A stretch of DNA of 64,000 nucleotides from Chthonomonadales bacterium. GTDB taxonomy: Bacteria; Armatimonadota; Chthonomonadetes; Chthonomonadales; CAJBBX01. The stretch is taken from contig DAIDHP010000014.1 of the NCBI GenBank assembly GCA_027459625.1, positions 921 to 64,920 of the forward strand, in the 5' to 3' direction. The translations under genes were made by a program, and so were the position numbers. The notes under the pieces were generated by a model. The model was not told the origin of the DNA, made no database searches, and saw only the letters and a list, made by a program, of their open reading frames with translations. Below are positions 9,901 through 20,000 of this stretch, piece by piece (the stretch's first letter is position 1; each line of letters opens with the position of its first letter).

Positions 9901-12696
9901 TTAAGTGGATGCAGCCTTTCTAATATCATGAATGCGATTGGTTCCTGGATTCCATGCTATGCGTACCATCTCGCCGACTTTCAATGGCGGTTCCCCGATA
10001 GCGTAACTCCAACTGGATCCGTCATCTTTCTTGATCGCTCCTTGCCCGAATGGGCGAGGCGGTAGCCCCTCTATGGTTATCGTAGGCAATGCAAATGGGG
10101 TGACTGCTGTGAAAGCGACGATTCGCGCTTTTGAATAGGCTCGATGCGCTTTGATGTTCGTGGCGATTCCGTTCCTTATGATGACATGAATGTCATCCCC
10201 GGCGTTTAATTCTTTGATTTGCGCCGAAGTGGCGGGGCGGTCGTTTTCCACGAGGCTGATTTCAGTATCATTTGAAATTGGAATGGTGCGATTTTGGAAA
10301 CCCGGGTTATAGGGATTTACGCCGATACTGTTTGAATTCACCCATGTGAGTTCGCCTCGTTCCTCTCGATCAAGAGGAGGAATGCGCCATTCCGGTGGCG
10401 GTGGTTGAGCTTGGGGTGAGTGCCTCAGAACGATATTCCATGCTATGCGGCATGCCTTTGCGTAAGAGCCTTTTTGGAAAAGAGACTTCGCCTTTGTTAA
10501 TAAGTGCTTGTCCGTTTCGGGAAGATGCTCCGGTGGCTGGGATGCCGTCAGACCTAGAAACCATTCCGCATCCGCCCGCCACCCGACTATCGACGCCTCC
10601 GCTCGCAATCTTTTCGCATCATAACTTCGGTTCATGGCAATTAAATGTTCCACCGTCCAAGTCTTTTGCAAGGAGAATGCGAAGAGATTCACCCAGTCGG
10701 TTAAGCCCAATGGGTGAAAATCGAACTCAACCCATATTTCAGCCGCCCCTTTGGCTATGTTGGTGATATCCGCTTGTAATACACCGCCTCCGTTATTGTA
10801 CATTCGGCTTACTTCATGAAGTTCGTTCGGTCGAGTTCCAACCTGTACCGAAAGGAAACCGTCCATGTTATCCTGTTTAAATACAAAAGCTCTAGCACGG
10901 TAGCTGAGTGCGAGACTGCTGAATGCAGGTTGCCCGATGGTTTGTTGACTATTCAGTTTCAAGAGTAGGATATTATCCTTGTTCAACTCACGCCCAAGGA
11001 TTTTATCATGTTCGAGAACGATATCATTGCTGACAGTCGCCAATTCCAGCAAGTCTTTAAGTGAAGGGGAGTATAGAGTCTCACGCCATACGGTGGGGGG
11101 ATAATTATCCCATCCATTTTCAAACGATTTTCGTATATTATCCACGGAGGCGTCCTCTGCATTGAAGAGGGTTACATGGTCGCATCCTGCGGCGTATGCG
11201 TCTTGAACCACAGGACCCGCATCTGAACGTCCGCCAAACTCCACATTGACAGCCGCCGGTATTCCCAATTCTCTGAATTGAGTGAAATTCCCATTCACGT
11301 CTATGTCCCCTTCGACACCGAGGCGTGAACTTTTTATGACTCCTTCTCCGACCCCTTGAACAATCGAACGAAAGATACCGTTGCATATAGTTTCAAATGA
11401 GTGTGTGTAGACATAATAGGACAACGGAATGTTGCCAAGCCCTTTGTGGATTGCTGAGTGAGTCGCATGATAATACTCCGTAAGGACATCCCTGAGGAAC
11501 TTTTTCTGAGGCTCCGCCAATCCGTTTTTCGGATCCAGGTTGTTCCCTCTTTCTTGCGCCAGTTGCGTCATCGCCGGGTTGAAATCCGCAATGGCGTCAA
11601 AAGTATCCCATTCGGAGAAGGGGCTTCCGCCTGGATTTCCTCTCGCCCAGTAAGTGGGTTCATTGTCCAAAACCATTCGCTTGATGGGGAAGTCTCCATT
11701 AAAACTATGATAAGCTTCCTGGAGGAGATAGCCGAAGGTTTGAAATCCTGTCTCCTTAAACGAGTTTAATCGTTCATTTCCCATTGTGAGCCATGGGGTG
11801 TTGCTCCACTGATTCGGTATGGAGATGCCATACATGCGATGGCTTGGTGAGTAGGTTACCTGCTGATAAGTGACATCGGTCCAATAGCCGCCCTTCCCAT
11901 CACAACCGGAAGGGGTGCCGCCCCACCAAGTGATGGGATCAACCTCAATGGGGATATCGTACTCTTTTCCGAATGCGATGATGCGCTCCAATTCCCTCTT
12001 TTGATCTTCAGGCGGCATCTGCGCTATTGGGAACGTGCAATAGCACAAACCGATTTTCACATCCTTCCTATCGCTCCAGGATTTCCTCCATGCATTGATT
12101 CGCGCAGGATCGAGAAGAGCGGTTATATAAACAGTGAGAGGCTGGATCAGCTCTTCTCGGAGCGCATACTCCTCGATATCGGCGTAGAGTGTCGCCTCGG
12201 AGATGAGAAGAGGCGAATGAGCCAGGTTTATTAGTTCGACTCGAAGGTCTCTTTGGGTATTCGAACTGTCCGGGATGTCCAGAAAACAGGTGGTAACTCC
12301 CATATCCGCGAAGGCCGTGTTTCGAAAAGCCATATCCTTGCCGTTGAGACGTACGAGATACGCGATACCACCGTTATTTTCAGATCGATATTCTCGGATG
12401 GAAAGCGTGAGGTTACGAGTGTGACCATGGGTATCCAGGTTGAAAGAGATTTTATCGTTGTCGCCATGCATTTGCATCCCGGATATTTGGATGGATCGTT
12501 CCCCAATGATCCAGGAGGCATGCGTTATTCTATGTTTGATATCCGGTGTTTTAAGAGTCTGGTCAAAGGACACATGATCCAGAACGTGCCCGTTTCCCGA
12601 CGCAATGGATGCATTCTCCCCATCACTCAATGCGGGTGCAAATAGAGATGCACCCGCAAAACACAGGCTTTTAATAAGGAATTCACGTCGCAGCAT
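9901..12696 (-). CDS. Tat-exported protein, putative clan GH-A-like glycoside hydrolase
   Basis: LRREFL Tat signal; LDNEPTYW and AAVNVEFG resemble acid/base and nucleophile motifs; flanking beta-rich domains. Confidence 0.55.
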   Translation of the reverse strand: MLRREFLIKSLCFAGASLFAPALSDGENASIASGNGHVLDHVSFDQTLKTPDIKHRITHASWIIGERSIQISGMQMHGDNDKISFNLDTHGHTRNLTLSIREYRSENNGGIAYLVRLNGKDMAFRNTAFADMGVTTCFLDIPDSSNTQRDLRVELINLAHSPLLISEATLYADIEEYALREELIQPLTVYITALLDPARINAWRKSWSDRKDVKIGLCYCTFPIAQMPPEDQKRELERIIAFGKEYDIPIEVDPITWWGGTPSGCDGKGGYWTDVTYQQVTYSPSHRMYGISIPNQWSNTPWLTMGNERLNSFKETGFQTFGYLLQEAYHSFNGDFPIKRMVLDNEPTYWARGNPGGSPFSEWDTFDAIADFNPAMTQLAQERGNNLDPKNGLAEPQKKFLRDVLTEYYHATHSAIHKGLGNIPLSYYVYTHSFETICNGIFRSIVQGVGEGVIKSSRLGVEGDIDVNGNFTQFRELGIPAAVNVEFGGRSDAGPVVQDAYAAGCDHVTLFNAEDASVDNIRKSFENGWDNYPPTVWRETLYSPSLKDLLELATVSNDIVLEHDKILGRELNKDNILLLKLNSQQTIGQPAFSSLALSYRARAFVFKQDNMDGFLSVQVGTRPNELHEVSRMYNNGGGVLQADITNIAKGAAEIWVEFDFHPLGLTDWVNLFAFSLQKTWTVEHLIAMNRSYDAKRLRAEASIVGWRADAEWFLGLTASQPPEHLPETDKHLLTKAKSLFQKGSYAKACRIAWNIVLRHSPQAQPPPPEWRIPPLDREERGELTWVNSNSIGVNPYNPGFQNRTIPISNDTEISLVENDRPATSAQIKELNAGDDIHVIIRNGIATNIKAHRAYSKARIVAFTAVTPFALPTITIEGLPPRPFGQGAIKKDDGSSWSYAIGEPPLKVGEMVRIAWNPGTNRIHDIRKAAST

Positions 12697-12770
12697 GGAG
12701 CGGCTCTCCTTGAAGCGGGAATGTTACGTCTTGAAAGAACATTATAATTGCGTGGGGTTGCGGACGCAAT

Positions 12771-13409
12771 TCAACTTGGAATTTCGTCGGAGCTTATCCG
12801 AACTCGGCGCGACAGATCAAGAGGATCGGGAGGTGACTGGAAATTATCGAAATCCGTTAGAAGAACGCGCTCAATTTCATTGAACAAGTCATCATCCATG
12901 CATGGAGTGACTCCCTCCAAAGATATCGGCTCCGCTAATGTAACCCATGATTTGCACCCGGAGTATTCCTTGCGCATAGGGATATCCACATGTTTTGCCA
13001 AGCGATATGCACGCAAAATAATGAGATAAAGCGGATCATACGGATTGAAGTCGAATCTAATTTTCAGATAGTTATCGTTCCATATAAAAGGATCGTGGTT
13101 TTTTTTCAACGAGTCTTCATCCACGACCTGCAAAACCTTCGTCACTTCGGCGTATAACGAAACTGTAACATGGTCCGCTTCGGGTTGCGACATGGATACT
13201 TTCTCCCCCCATGGGGTGCGAAGCGACCCGGCGTTTTGATGTTCAAAAGTAGGAAATAGTAGGAAATCCATTTCCTGAATGCGAAAAACACCGCCCTCCT
13301 CTCGAATACCTCCTTTGCGCAAAAGGGCTGTTTGCTCTCCCTTTTCGATAGCTTCGCAAATAATCGCCCATTCCTTCAATGCCACGCTGCATGATGATTT
13401 CATAGTCAT
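12771..13409 (-). CDS. DUF1802 family protein
   Basis: ALKEWA, LLRKGGIRE, FLLFPTFEHQ and YSGCKSWV motifs. Confidence 0.9.
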   Translation of the reverse strand: MTMKSSCSVALKEWAIICEAIEKGEQTALLRKGGIREEGGVFRIQEMDFLLFPTFEHQNAGSLRTPWGEKVSMSQPEADHVTVSLYAEVTKVLQVVDEDSLKKNHDPFIWNDNYLKIRFDFNPYDPLYLIILRAYRLAKHVDIPMRKEYSGCKSWVTLAEPISLEGVTPCMDDDLFNEIERVLLTDFDNFQSPPDPLDLSRRVRISSDEIPS

Positions 13410-13414
13410 CCCCC

Positions 13415-13855
13415 CTAATCCCCCAAACTTGCCATTAGCGCGTCAATGCCCGCTTGGGATACGCTTCGGTCCTGATCGGATGTGCCGCTGCTGCATCCCA
13501 CTCCGCCGGCGCACTGCCCCTCTATGATGATGGGCAGTCCTCCCCCGAAAATGGTGAAGCGACCTTCATTGCTGGCATGGATGCCGAACGCCGCACCGCC
13601 TGCTCCTCCGGTGACGGCGTATTCATGGGTTCCCTTGCGCGTACCTGCTGCGGTAAATGCCTTGTTGATGGCTATGTCAACACTGGTAATCTTCGCGTGA
13701 TCCATTCTAATAAAGCCTAAGAGCATTCCATCCTCGTCCGTTACGGCGATATCCATGTCCACGCCGATTCTTTTCGCTTCCTGTACGGCGGCGTCTATAA
13801 TTATTTTAACGGCCTCCATCGTTAACTTGATGCCATCTCTTCGCAGTAACTTCAT
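13415..13855 (-). CDS. GlcG/HbpS-family heme-binding protein
   Basis: IAVTD..G.L, AINKAFTA and GGGLPI...G...GGVGCS.G...QD motifs. Confidence 0.9.
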   Translation of the reverse strand: MKLLRRDGIKLTMEAVKIIIDAAVQEAKRIGVDMDIAVTDEDGMLLGFIRMDHAKITSVDIAINKAFTAAGTRKGTHEYAVTGGAGGAAFGIHASNEGRFTIFGGGLPIIIEGQCAGGVGCSSGTSDQDRSVSQAGIDALMASLGD

Positions 13856-14481
13856 CTTATCTCCTTAAGAAATGGATTGAATAGTCTTTCGTTGCCAATC
13901 GTGGTTGAAGGACCATGCCCGGGATAAACTGTGTAATTATCCGGAAGGGATAAAAGCTTTTTCTGGATGGAATCAAGCAGGGCGCTCATATCTCCTCCGG
14001 GAAGATCCGTTCTACCTACGGATCCGGCGAATAAAATATCCCCTGATATTACGAAATCGTCCCCAACGAAACACACCCCTCCAGGCGAATGTCCCGGAGT
14101 GCGGATAACCTTCAATTGCTCTTCACCAACGGGTATCTCCTCATTGTCCATCAGCCACCCATCCGGTTCGAATTGGTCTGGCGGATCTATTCCAAACCAG
14201 GATGCTTGCAAGGGGATTTCATCAAGTGATTTTGCCGCGTCAGCATGCATGCATAGCATCCCGCCGGAGTTATTCCTGAAAAAAGCGTTTTCGTAGATAT
14301 GATCCAGATGCGCATGCGTATTAAGTATGAACGTGAAATGATATGGTTTCGCTTTGATTTGACGCCATACCCATTGGCTGTCAATTCCTGGGTCCACTAA
14401 AACACACTCACTCTCCGCATCATCTATAATGGCATACATATTGTTATCTGCGGGGCCGACTTTATAGGATCGAACTTTCAA
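13852..14481 (-). CDS. MBL-fold metallo-hydrolase (glyoxalase II/YcbL-like)
   Basis: THAHLDH, TPGHSPG, SGDILF.GSVGRTD and PGHG motifs. Confidence 0.92.
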   Translation of the reverse strand: MKVRSYKVGPADNNMYAIIDDAESECVLVDPGIDSQWVWRQIKAKPYHFTFILNTHAHLDHIYENAFFRNNSGGMLCMHADAAKSLDEIPLQASWFGIDPPDQFEPDGWLMDNEEIPVGEEQLKVIRTPGHSPGGVCFVGDDFVISGDILFAGSVGRTDLPGGDMSALLDSIQKKLLSLPDNYTVYPGHGPSTTIGNERLFNPFLKEIR

Positions 14482-14495
14482 AAAGCCACCTCGGA

Positions 14496-16058
14496 TCAGT
14501 TGTTGATATTTCTAAAAGAGGAAGGGTTGTTGCGATTTTTAATCGCCATCACCTCCATTTCCTCCATGCCCTCGGGAACGGCGGAGGATGCCTTACGGGC
14601 GCGTGTGAGCGCCCAGTTACGCATTTCGGAGATCTTTTCGCGCATGGTCATGGCCATTGGCACGGATGCGCTGCAGGCGTTTAGGATATCCTCCGTGGTG
14701 ATGTCTCGCCCTTCTCCGTAAGCGTTATAAAGAGCCTCGATAACCGCTTGCTCTATCTCCGCCCCGGAATAACCCGGAGTGACGATTCCGAGTTGCTGCA
14801 GATTGAATTGATCGGGGTTGCGATGCCGTTTGAGCAAGTGAATTTTAAATATATCCTCCCTTTCCTGGATCGCCGGTAGATCAACGAAGAAAATCTCATC
14901 AAACCTGCCTTTGCGGAGCAGTTCCGGTGGTAGGTTTTCTATGGAGTTGGCGGTTGCGACCACAAAGACAGGAGCCTTTTTCTCTTGTAGCCAAGTCAGA
15001 AAAGTGCTGAAAACCCGTGCGGTGGTGCCGCTATCCGTCGATCCTGAGCTTTGAAGCCCGGAAAGCCCTTTCTCCAGTTCATCCAGCCAGAGGATACAAG
15101 GCGATACGGATTCCGCCACGCTTAGCGCGTGACGCATATTCTCTTCGGATGCGCCCACATATCCGGCGAATATTCTGCCTACATCCATTCTCAGAAGCGG
15201 CAGCTTCCATAGTGCGGAGATCGCTTTAGCGAGAAGGCTTTTTCCGCAACCCTGAACTCCAAGCAAAAGCACGCCCTTAGGCTCAGGCAAACCAAAATCA
15301 CGCGCCTTTTGCGTAAACGAGGAAGAACGTTTCTCCAACCACGCTTTCATGTAATCCATTCCACCGACGTTTCCGATCTCCTCCTCCGCAGGAAAATATT
15401 CAAGGATTCCGGATTTCCTGATGATCTGCTCCTTTTGGGTAAGGATGGAGTTGATGTCAAGTTTTCTGGTCTCCACAAGGGATTTGGCGAAAACGTCCTT
15501 AGCCTCCACCGCTGTCAATCCCTGAGCGGCTTTGATAAGCGCCTCCTTGTCCAATGGGGTGATATCCGTTTGAATTTCCGGCTTGTCCTTGACGGACAAG
15601 AGTATCTCCTCCAGGATTTCCGCCAACTCGCTGTATTCCGGTATGTCGAAGTCTATGACCGTCACGTCCTTCTCCAATTCCTTGGGAAGGTGAAGAGTTG
15701 GTGACAGTAGAATGACTGTTTTGAAAGAGTTGCGCAGGGTCGAGGCGATATCGCGTAACATGCGAGTCGCGAGAGCATCCATATAGGGATGAAAATCCTT
15801 GAGCACAAAAAGCGTGTGATCCGGAGCGTTCAAAATAAAGCTTAATGCGTAAGCGGGATCTCTCGTGCTGTTTTGAATCAGGGTTTCCGCTCGGGTGAAA
15901 CCTTTTGTCGAAGTCCACATGAGAAGGGTCTTTTTAAGATGAAAGGCGATGGATTTCATAGCCTCTTCAACTCTTTCCTCCTCCCAGGAAACTATGTAGA
16001 TAATGGGGTAGCGTGCGCGAATGAGGATTTCCAAGTCATTGCAATTTTTCTTCGACAT
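14496..16058 (-). CDS. Ycf46-family AAA+ ATPase
   Basis: [37 protein letters not shown] and [12 protein letters not shown] motifs. Confidence 0.92.
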   Translation of the reverse strand: MSKKNCNDLEILIRARYPIIYIVSWEEERVEEAMKSIAFHLKKTLLMWTSTKGFTRAETLIQNSTRDPAYALSFILNAPDHTLFVLKDFHPYMDALATRMLRDIASTLRNSFKTVILLSPTLHLPKELEKDVTVIDFDIPEYSELAEILEEILLSVKDKPEIQTDITPLDKEALIKAAQGLTAVEAKDVFAKSLVETRKLDINSILTQKEQIIRKSGILEYFPAEEEIGNVGGMDYMKAWLEKRSSSFTQKARDFGLPEPKGVLLLGVQGCGKSLLAKAISALWKLPLLRMDVGRIFAGYVGASEENMRHALSVAESVSPCILWLDELEKGLSGLQSSGSTDSGTTARVFSTFLTWLQEKKAPVFVVATANSIENLPPELLRKGRFDEIFFVDLPAIQEREDIFKIHLLKRHRNPDQFNLQQLGIVTPGYSGAEIEQAVIEALYNAYGEGRDITTEDILNACSASVPMAMTMREKISEMRNWALTRARKASSAVPEGMEEMEVMAIKNRNNPSSFRNINN

Positions 16059-16078
16059 TCACTCCTCCGTAATGAAAG

Positions 16079-16161
16079 TACGCATTGCAAAATTCGCTCT
16101 TGCGAGTTTATGTCAGTGGCATCGCTTTTAACGCGAATCCAATGGAATTTTGCATGCACCT
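16079..16161. repeat. Copy of dispersed ~85-bp TIR element
   Basis: TTGCAAAATTC at 16085-16095 and GAATTTTGCATGCACCT at 16145-16161. Confidence 0.65.
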
Positions 16162-16220
16162 TAAGGAACAGTGTTTACTGTTGCGCCAAATATGGAACAC
16201 ACAGAGTTCAAAGCGTAAAT

Positions 16221-17858
16221 CTATGATGACGCGGCCGCTGAAGATGCGGTCGGCTCCAATTTGCTTAAATCAGCTTTCAATGCGTTTTCCGCAGTCGTGA
16301 TCTGATTTGCAGCCTCCAAGCGCAGCAGCTCCGACTGATCGCTGGCCTCCTTGCGATTGGACTGAAGATAGTCAAGCATCTCTTCCGTTGACTGACTTAG
16401 AAGGGAGGCTGCGAGCGAGTATTGCGCCACGGCGTCTTGCAACGACGAATTTGGTAAGTTTTGGAGGAAGCCATTCAGATCAATGGTGTTTTGTTTGATT
16501 GCGGTTATTTTTTGGAAAGCGGTTTCTCTGGTTGAAAAGCCATCCATAAAGTTCTTATGAGCTTGCTGGATCTCCAGAATGATGTCTGTTAAAATGGAAT
16601 CCGATTTCTGCAGGATAGCGGCGATATTGGACTGAAGCGTGGTGCTGTCGTTAGGCGCCAACAATGCTTTTGCGGTCAGCAATTCCTTGCCAGCATTGCC
16701 GTAATCTCCTGTTTGGAAATAAAAGAAGGCGAGCTTGCTATGAGGTAACGGATTATTCGGTTCCGATGCAGCGGCTTGGTGGTAGTCCTTTAACGCTTGG
16801 GTGTTGTCGCCCATTTTCATTTCCATATCCGCCAGCGATACGAGAAGATTGCCATCCTTCGGATCCAACGCCACTGCAGTCTGATATTCCTTGAGCGCTA
16901 GGTCGTTGTTGGATTCATCCGCGTATGTATCTCCCAAGAGTTGATGCAACAGAGCGCTTTTCGGGGATAAGGCGACGGCGCGCTCGGCTTCATTTTTCGC
17001 CTTCTCCGTCCATCCTTTCTCCTCGTATGCTTTTATAAGTTCGCGTCGCAAAGTGGGATCAGTCGGTTTCAGATTGATCGCGCGCCTGAGGGAAACGATC
17101 AGATTGGCGATATCACCGGTCTTGCGCGCCTGTTGTATCAGCATTTGATAAGCTTGCATGGAGATAGAGGCTACCGGAGTTGTGGTTCCGGTTGACGCCG
17201 CAGGGGTAGAAGGGATTGCGTTAGGCTGGGCGGGCGGATTCACCGCGACGGGTTGGGACGGGGGCGGAATCGTCGATGCCGAAGGCGCAGGCTGCAATGC
17301 CATGCGCTGAAGAATATCATCCTTCAGACCATTTATCATATCAAGGAGATTCGCTTTGGTATCGGTTTTCGCCGGTGTAAGATGCAAAAGAAATACGGAA
17401 CTCCAATCTTGCAAACCCACGCTTCTTTCTAATAGCACCGAGGATTTAATCCCTTTATCAACATAATGAGCTGAGATGGAGAGCAAGAGATCCGCCCCTA
17501 GCGCGTGGGCGATCTTTTGCATCGAATCCAAAGTGAGAGGGGGAGTGATATACAGCGCGGATAGTTGTCCCTGCTGCACCGCATTCCGCACTTCGGAGAG
17601 CTTCTGCGAGTAGGGAAGGGAGCGGAATTCCCCGCTGTTTTTAAGAGCATGGTCCATAACAACCGCCATGTCAACGTATGTGTTCTTGGGTAATTTCGGA
17701 TCTGGCTGTGAAAAAATAATGACTAAAGGTTGTTTGGTTATCGATACGGTGTCCAACCCATGAGCCATATTGGGGATGAATGGGATTATCATCAGGGTTA
17801 TGGCGACACTTAAAAACAGATTCAATTTCATTTGCATGCTTGGATCCCAGCCTGACAA
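16221..17858 (-). CDS. Exported tetratricopeptide-repeat protein
   Basis: Signal peptide ending AHG, Pro-rich linker, several TPR units (A..L.P), helical C-terminus. Confidence 0.8.
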   Translation of the reverse strand: MSGWDPSMQMKLNLFLSVAITLMIIPFIPNMAHGLDTVSITKQPLVIIFSQPDPKLPKNTYVDMAVVMDHALKNSGEFRSLPYSQKLSEVRNAVQQGQLSALYITPPLTLDSMQKIAHALGADLLLSISAHYVDKGIKSSVLLERSVGLQDWSSVFLLHLTPAKTDTKANLLDMINGLKDDILQRMALQPAPSASTIPPPSQPVAVNPPAQPNAIPSTPAASTGTTTPVASISMQAYQMLIQQARKTGDIANLIVSLRRAINLKPTDPTLRRELIKAYEEKGWTEKAKNEAERAVALSPKSALLHQLLGDTYADESNNDLALKEYQTAVALDPKDGNLLVSLADMEMKMGDNTQALKDYHQAAASEPNNPLPHSKLAFFYFQTGDYGNAGKELLTAKALLAPNDSTTLQSNIAAILQKSDSILTDIILEIQQAHKNFMDGFSTRETAFQKITAIKQNTIDLNGFLQNLPNSSLQDAVAQYSLAASLLSQSTEEMLDYLQSNRKEASDQSELLRLEAANQITTAENALKADLSKLEPTASSAAASS

Positions 17859-19201
17859 GTATTGATGCCGCTCTGTGCTGCGTCCACGTTCTTCCCTGAG
17901 CTCAGTTGAGATTTATAGATGGCGATGGCATCCTGATAGTGAGCGATCGCCTTATCCTTCTCGCCTAGTCTGAAGTAACACAGCGCCATCTGCTGTTGGA
18001 TTATGCCACCCAGACTTCCAGCCCCATCCAACGCTTTGATATAATTCCTTATCGCTTGGCGGTATTGTCCCTGCATTTGCAAGTCCTGAGCGATCTTCAA
18101 GGAGGATTGTGAATCCATCCCGGCGGATGAACCGGCGGAGCTTGAAGTGTTCGAGGATGTCGGAGAGTTAGCACCGCCGTTATCCGGTAACACCTGAATA
18201 GAGATTTGTCCTGGGTTTCCCTGAGTGGGTTGGGAGGTTGCACCGCTATCAGGAGCCGCAGTGTTAGTGTTTGGGGAATCCGGAAGGTGGATCGTTGTCG
18301 AGCCCTGATTGACGGGTTTTTGGGTTGTGGTTGGTTGCTTTTCAAGAAGCGGGGTTCCTCCACCAACCAACGGCAGTGGCGCAAGAGCCCTTGGCGCGGG
18401 AGATTGCGGGACGTATGGGGTTTGCGGTTGCGTTTGCGCCTGCGGACTGTACGTTTGAGTGAAGGAAGGATATTGCCATGTATTTGTGTAGTATCCCGCC
18501 GGAGGATAGGGCTGCTGAGTCTGTTGCGAGTCGGCGCCCTGGGCGATCTGTTGGGACGCATATGGATTGACCGCCTGATTGGTGTTGGAGGCCGTAGTTG
18601 GATTTGATGGCTGTTGATATTCGGAAACGTAACTCGTGGTTGAGCTTGCGGGTTTGTGAGAAGAGCGCCAAAGGATGATTCCCGCTCCTATCATTAGGAT
18701 AAAGAGCGTAACGGATACGGCCAGTAAAGCGAAAGCTCCCGGGCTGTCAAGGAAAAATTTGGTTGTGGACTTATGCAAGGAGATGATCTTCTTCGGGGTG
18801 ACTTTTAAATCCTTGTCCTTGAGTTGATCGAGCTTTTCCCTGTCCGCTATGCTGCCAGGATTAAGCTCAAGTACATGCTCCCTGTGCTTGATGGCTTGCT
18901 CCATGTCTCCCTTGCGTTCATATAGAGTGCTTATGAGCGACAATGCGTCGGAACTATCGGGATTGTAATGCAAAGCTTCGGAACATGTGTGGATCGCCTT
19001 GTCTATCTCCCCTCTTTCGCTCTGCTTGAACGCTAGAAGCAACAGATCCTTGATGCGTTGCTCCGGATCTTCCATGAAATCAAACTGATCCTCGGCAGGG
19101 GGCTGTTCGGTCTCAGTAACCAGTTTCCTGCCGCACTGTTTGCAAAATTTTGAGTCTTTCGTGTTATTGGCGCCGCATTCGGTGCAATACATCGCGTTCA
19201 C
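17828..19201 (-). CDS. Zinc-ribbon/TPR single-pass membrane protein
   Basis: CTECG...FCKQCG zinc ribbon, TPRs, one TM helix, Q/P/T/S-rich linker, C-terminal TPR. Confidence 0.85.
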   Translation of the reverse strand: MNAMYCTECGANNTKDSKFCKQCGRKLVTETEQPPAEDQFDFMEDPEQRIKDLLLLAFKQSERGEIDKAIHTCSEALHYNPDSSDALSLISTLYERKGDMEQAIKHREHVLELNPGSIADREKLDQLKDKDLKVTPKKIISLHKSTTKFFLDSPGAFALLAVSVTLFILMIGAGIILWRSSHKPASSTTSYVSEYQQPSNPTTASNTNQAVNPYASQQIAQGADSQQTQQPYPPAGYYTNTWQYPSFTQTYSPQAQTQPQTPYVPQSPAPRALAPLPLVGGGTPLLEKQPTTTQKPVNQGSTTIHLPDSPNTNTAAPDSGATSQPTQGNPGQISIQVLPDNGGANSPTSSNTSSSAGSSAGMDSQSSLKIAQDLQMQGQYRQAIRNYIKALDGAGSLGGIIQQQMALCYFRLGEKDKAIAHYQDAIAIYKSQLSSGKNVDAAQSGINTCQAGIQACK

Positions 19202-19613
19202 CCTCTTTCAACTATGCAGCGGTTTTGTGATGGACCGCCCAAAACATCCCAAACGATATTACCTCTTTTCGCCAAAATATGCATGAACGGGTCAAGCCAA
19301 TTGTAAGGATTGGATTTCGTTACCTTAACCAAACGTTATAACATTTAATCGGGAACCCGATGAAACCTTTTCCTGATTATTGCGTTTTGTTGCATATGGC
19401 TCTTATCATTATATACGAACTGGTGAAAAATCACGTTACAGGTACCAACGTATGGCGGCACCGCTATCTTATATGACTGAGATTAGGGCTAAGAGTTCCG
19501 GTGAATTGCGGTGTAAATCCCGCCGGAGAACAAAAAATAATTGAAAGTCGTCAATAAGGAGAAGACATTGATCATTGCATGTATTCGTAACGCATCATAG
19601 CAGGTATAATCAA

Positions 19614-19701
19614 ATATATTTGCACAATTCGAGAGAGAAAACATGCCGCGACGTTTTCCAATCCGCATCCTAATAGGTTTGCATGAATTCTGCAATGAGA
19701 C
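19614..19701. repeat. Copy of dispersed ~85-bp TIR element
   Basis: TTGCACAATTC at 19620-19630 and GAATTCTGCAA at 19685-19695. Confidence 0.5.
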
Positions 19702-19734
19702 GTGATACTAAAAACTAACAGAAAGGAGAAGCAT

Positions 19735-19920
19735 ATGAACGAAAGCGTGTTGATGCATCTGAGTTTCCCGCGCAGCGGTCAGAGAATATCCATATCGTTA
19801 CCGAAGTCCATGACGGATGATCCTTCCGACCGCATCAGCCCAGAGATCATGAAATATCTCAGTTGCTCCAGTGACAGGGACAAACATGCAGAGCATGATA
19901 AACCTAGCTATCATGATTAA
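19735..19920 (+). CDS. Small hypothetical protein (61 aa)
   Basis: Strong SD AAAGGAG before ATG; followed by a terminator-like hairpin. Confidence 0.55.
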   Translation: MNESVLMHLSFPRSGQRISISLPKSMTDDPSDRISPEIMKYLSCSSDRDKHAEHDKPSYHD

Positions 19921-19949
19921 TTTCTACAGTGTATAATCATTCAAACACA

Positions 19950-19978
19950 AAACGCCTGACCTCCGAGGTCGGGCGTTT
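19950..19978 (+). terminator. Terminator-like hairpin
   Basis: AAACGCCTGACCT-CCG-AGGTCGGGCGTTT. Confidence 0.65.
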
Positions 19979-20000
19979 CAAATTTATCCCCGAGGGTGCC

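Noticed and set aside
19490-19535. Cobalamin-riboswitch-like GGTGTAAATCC hairpin
   Set aside because: No B12 box or GGGAA junction, and no relevant downstream gene
19643-19705. 20-aa ORF MPRRFPIRILIGLHEFCNET
   Set aside because: Lies inside a TIR element copy and has a weak SD
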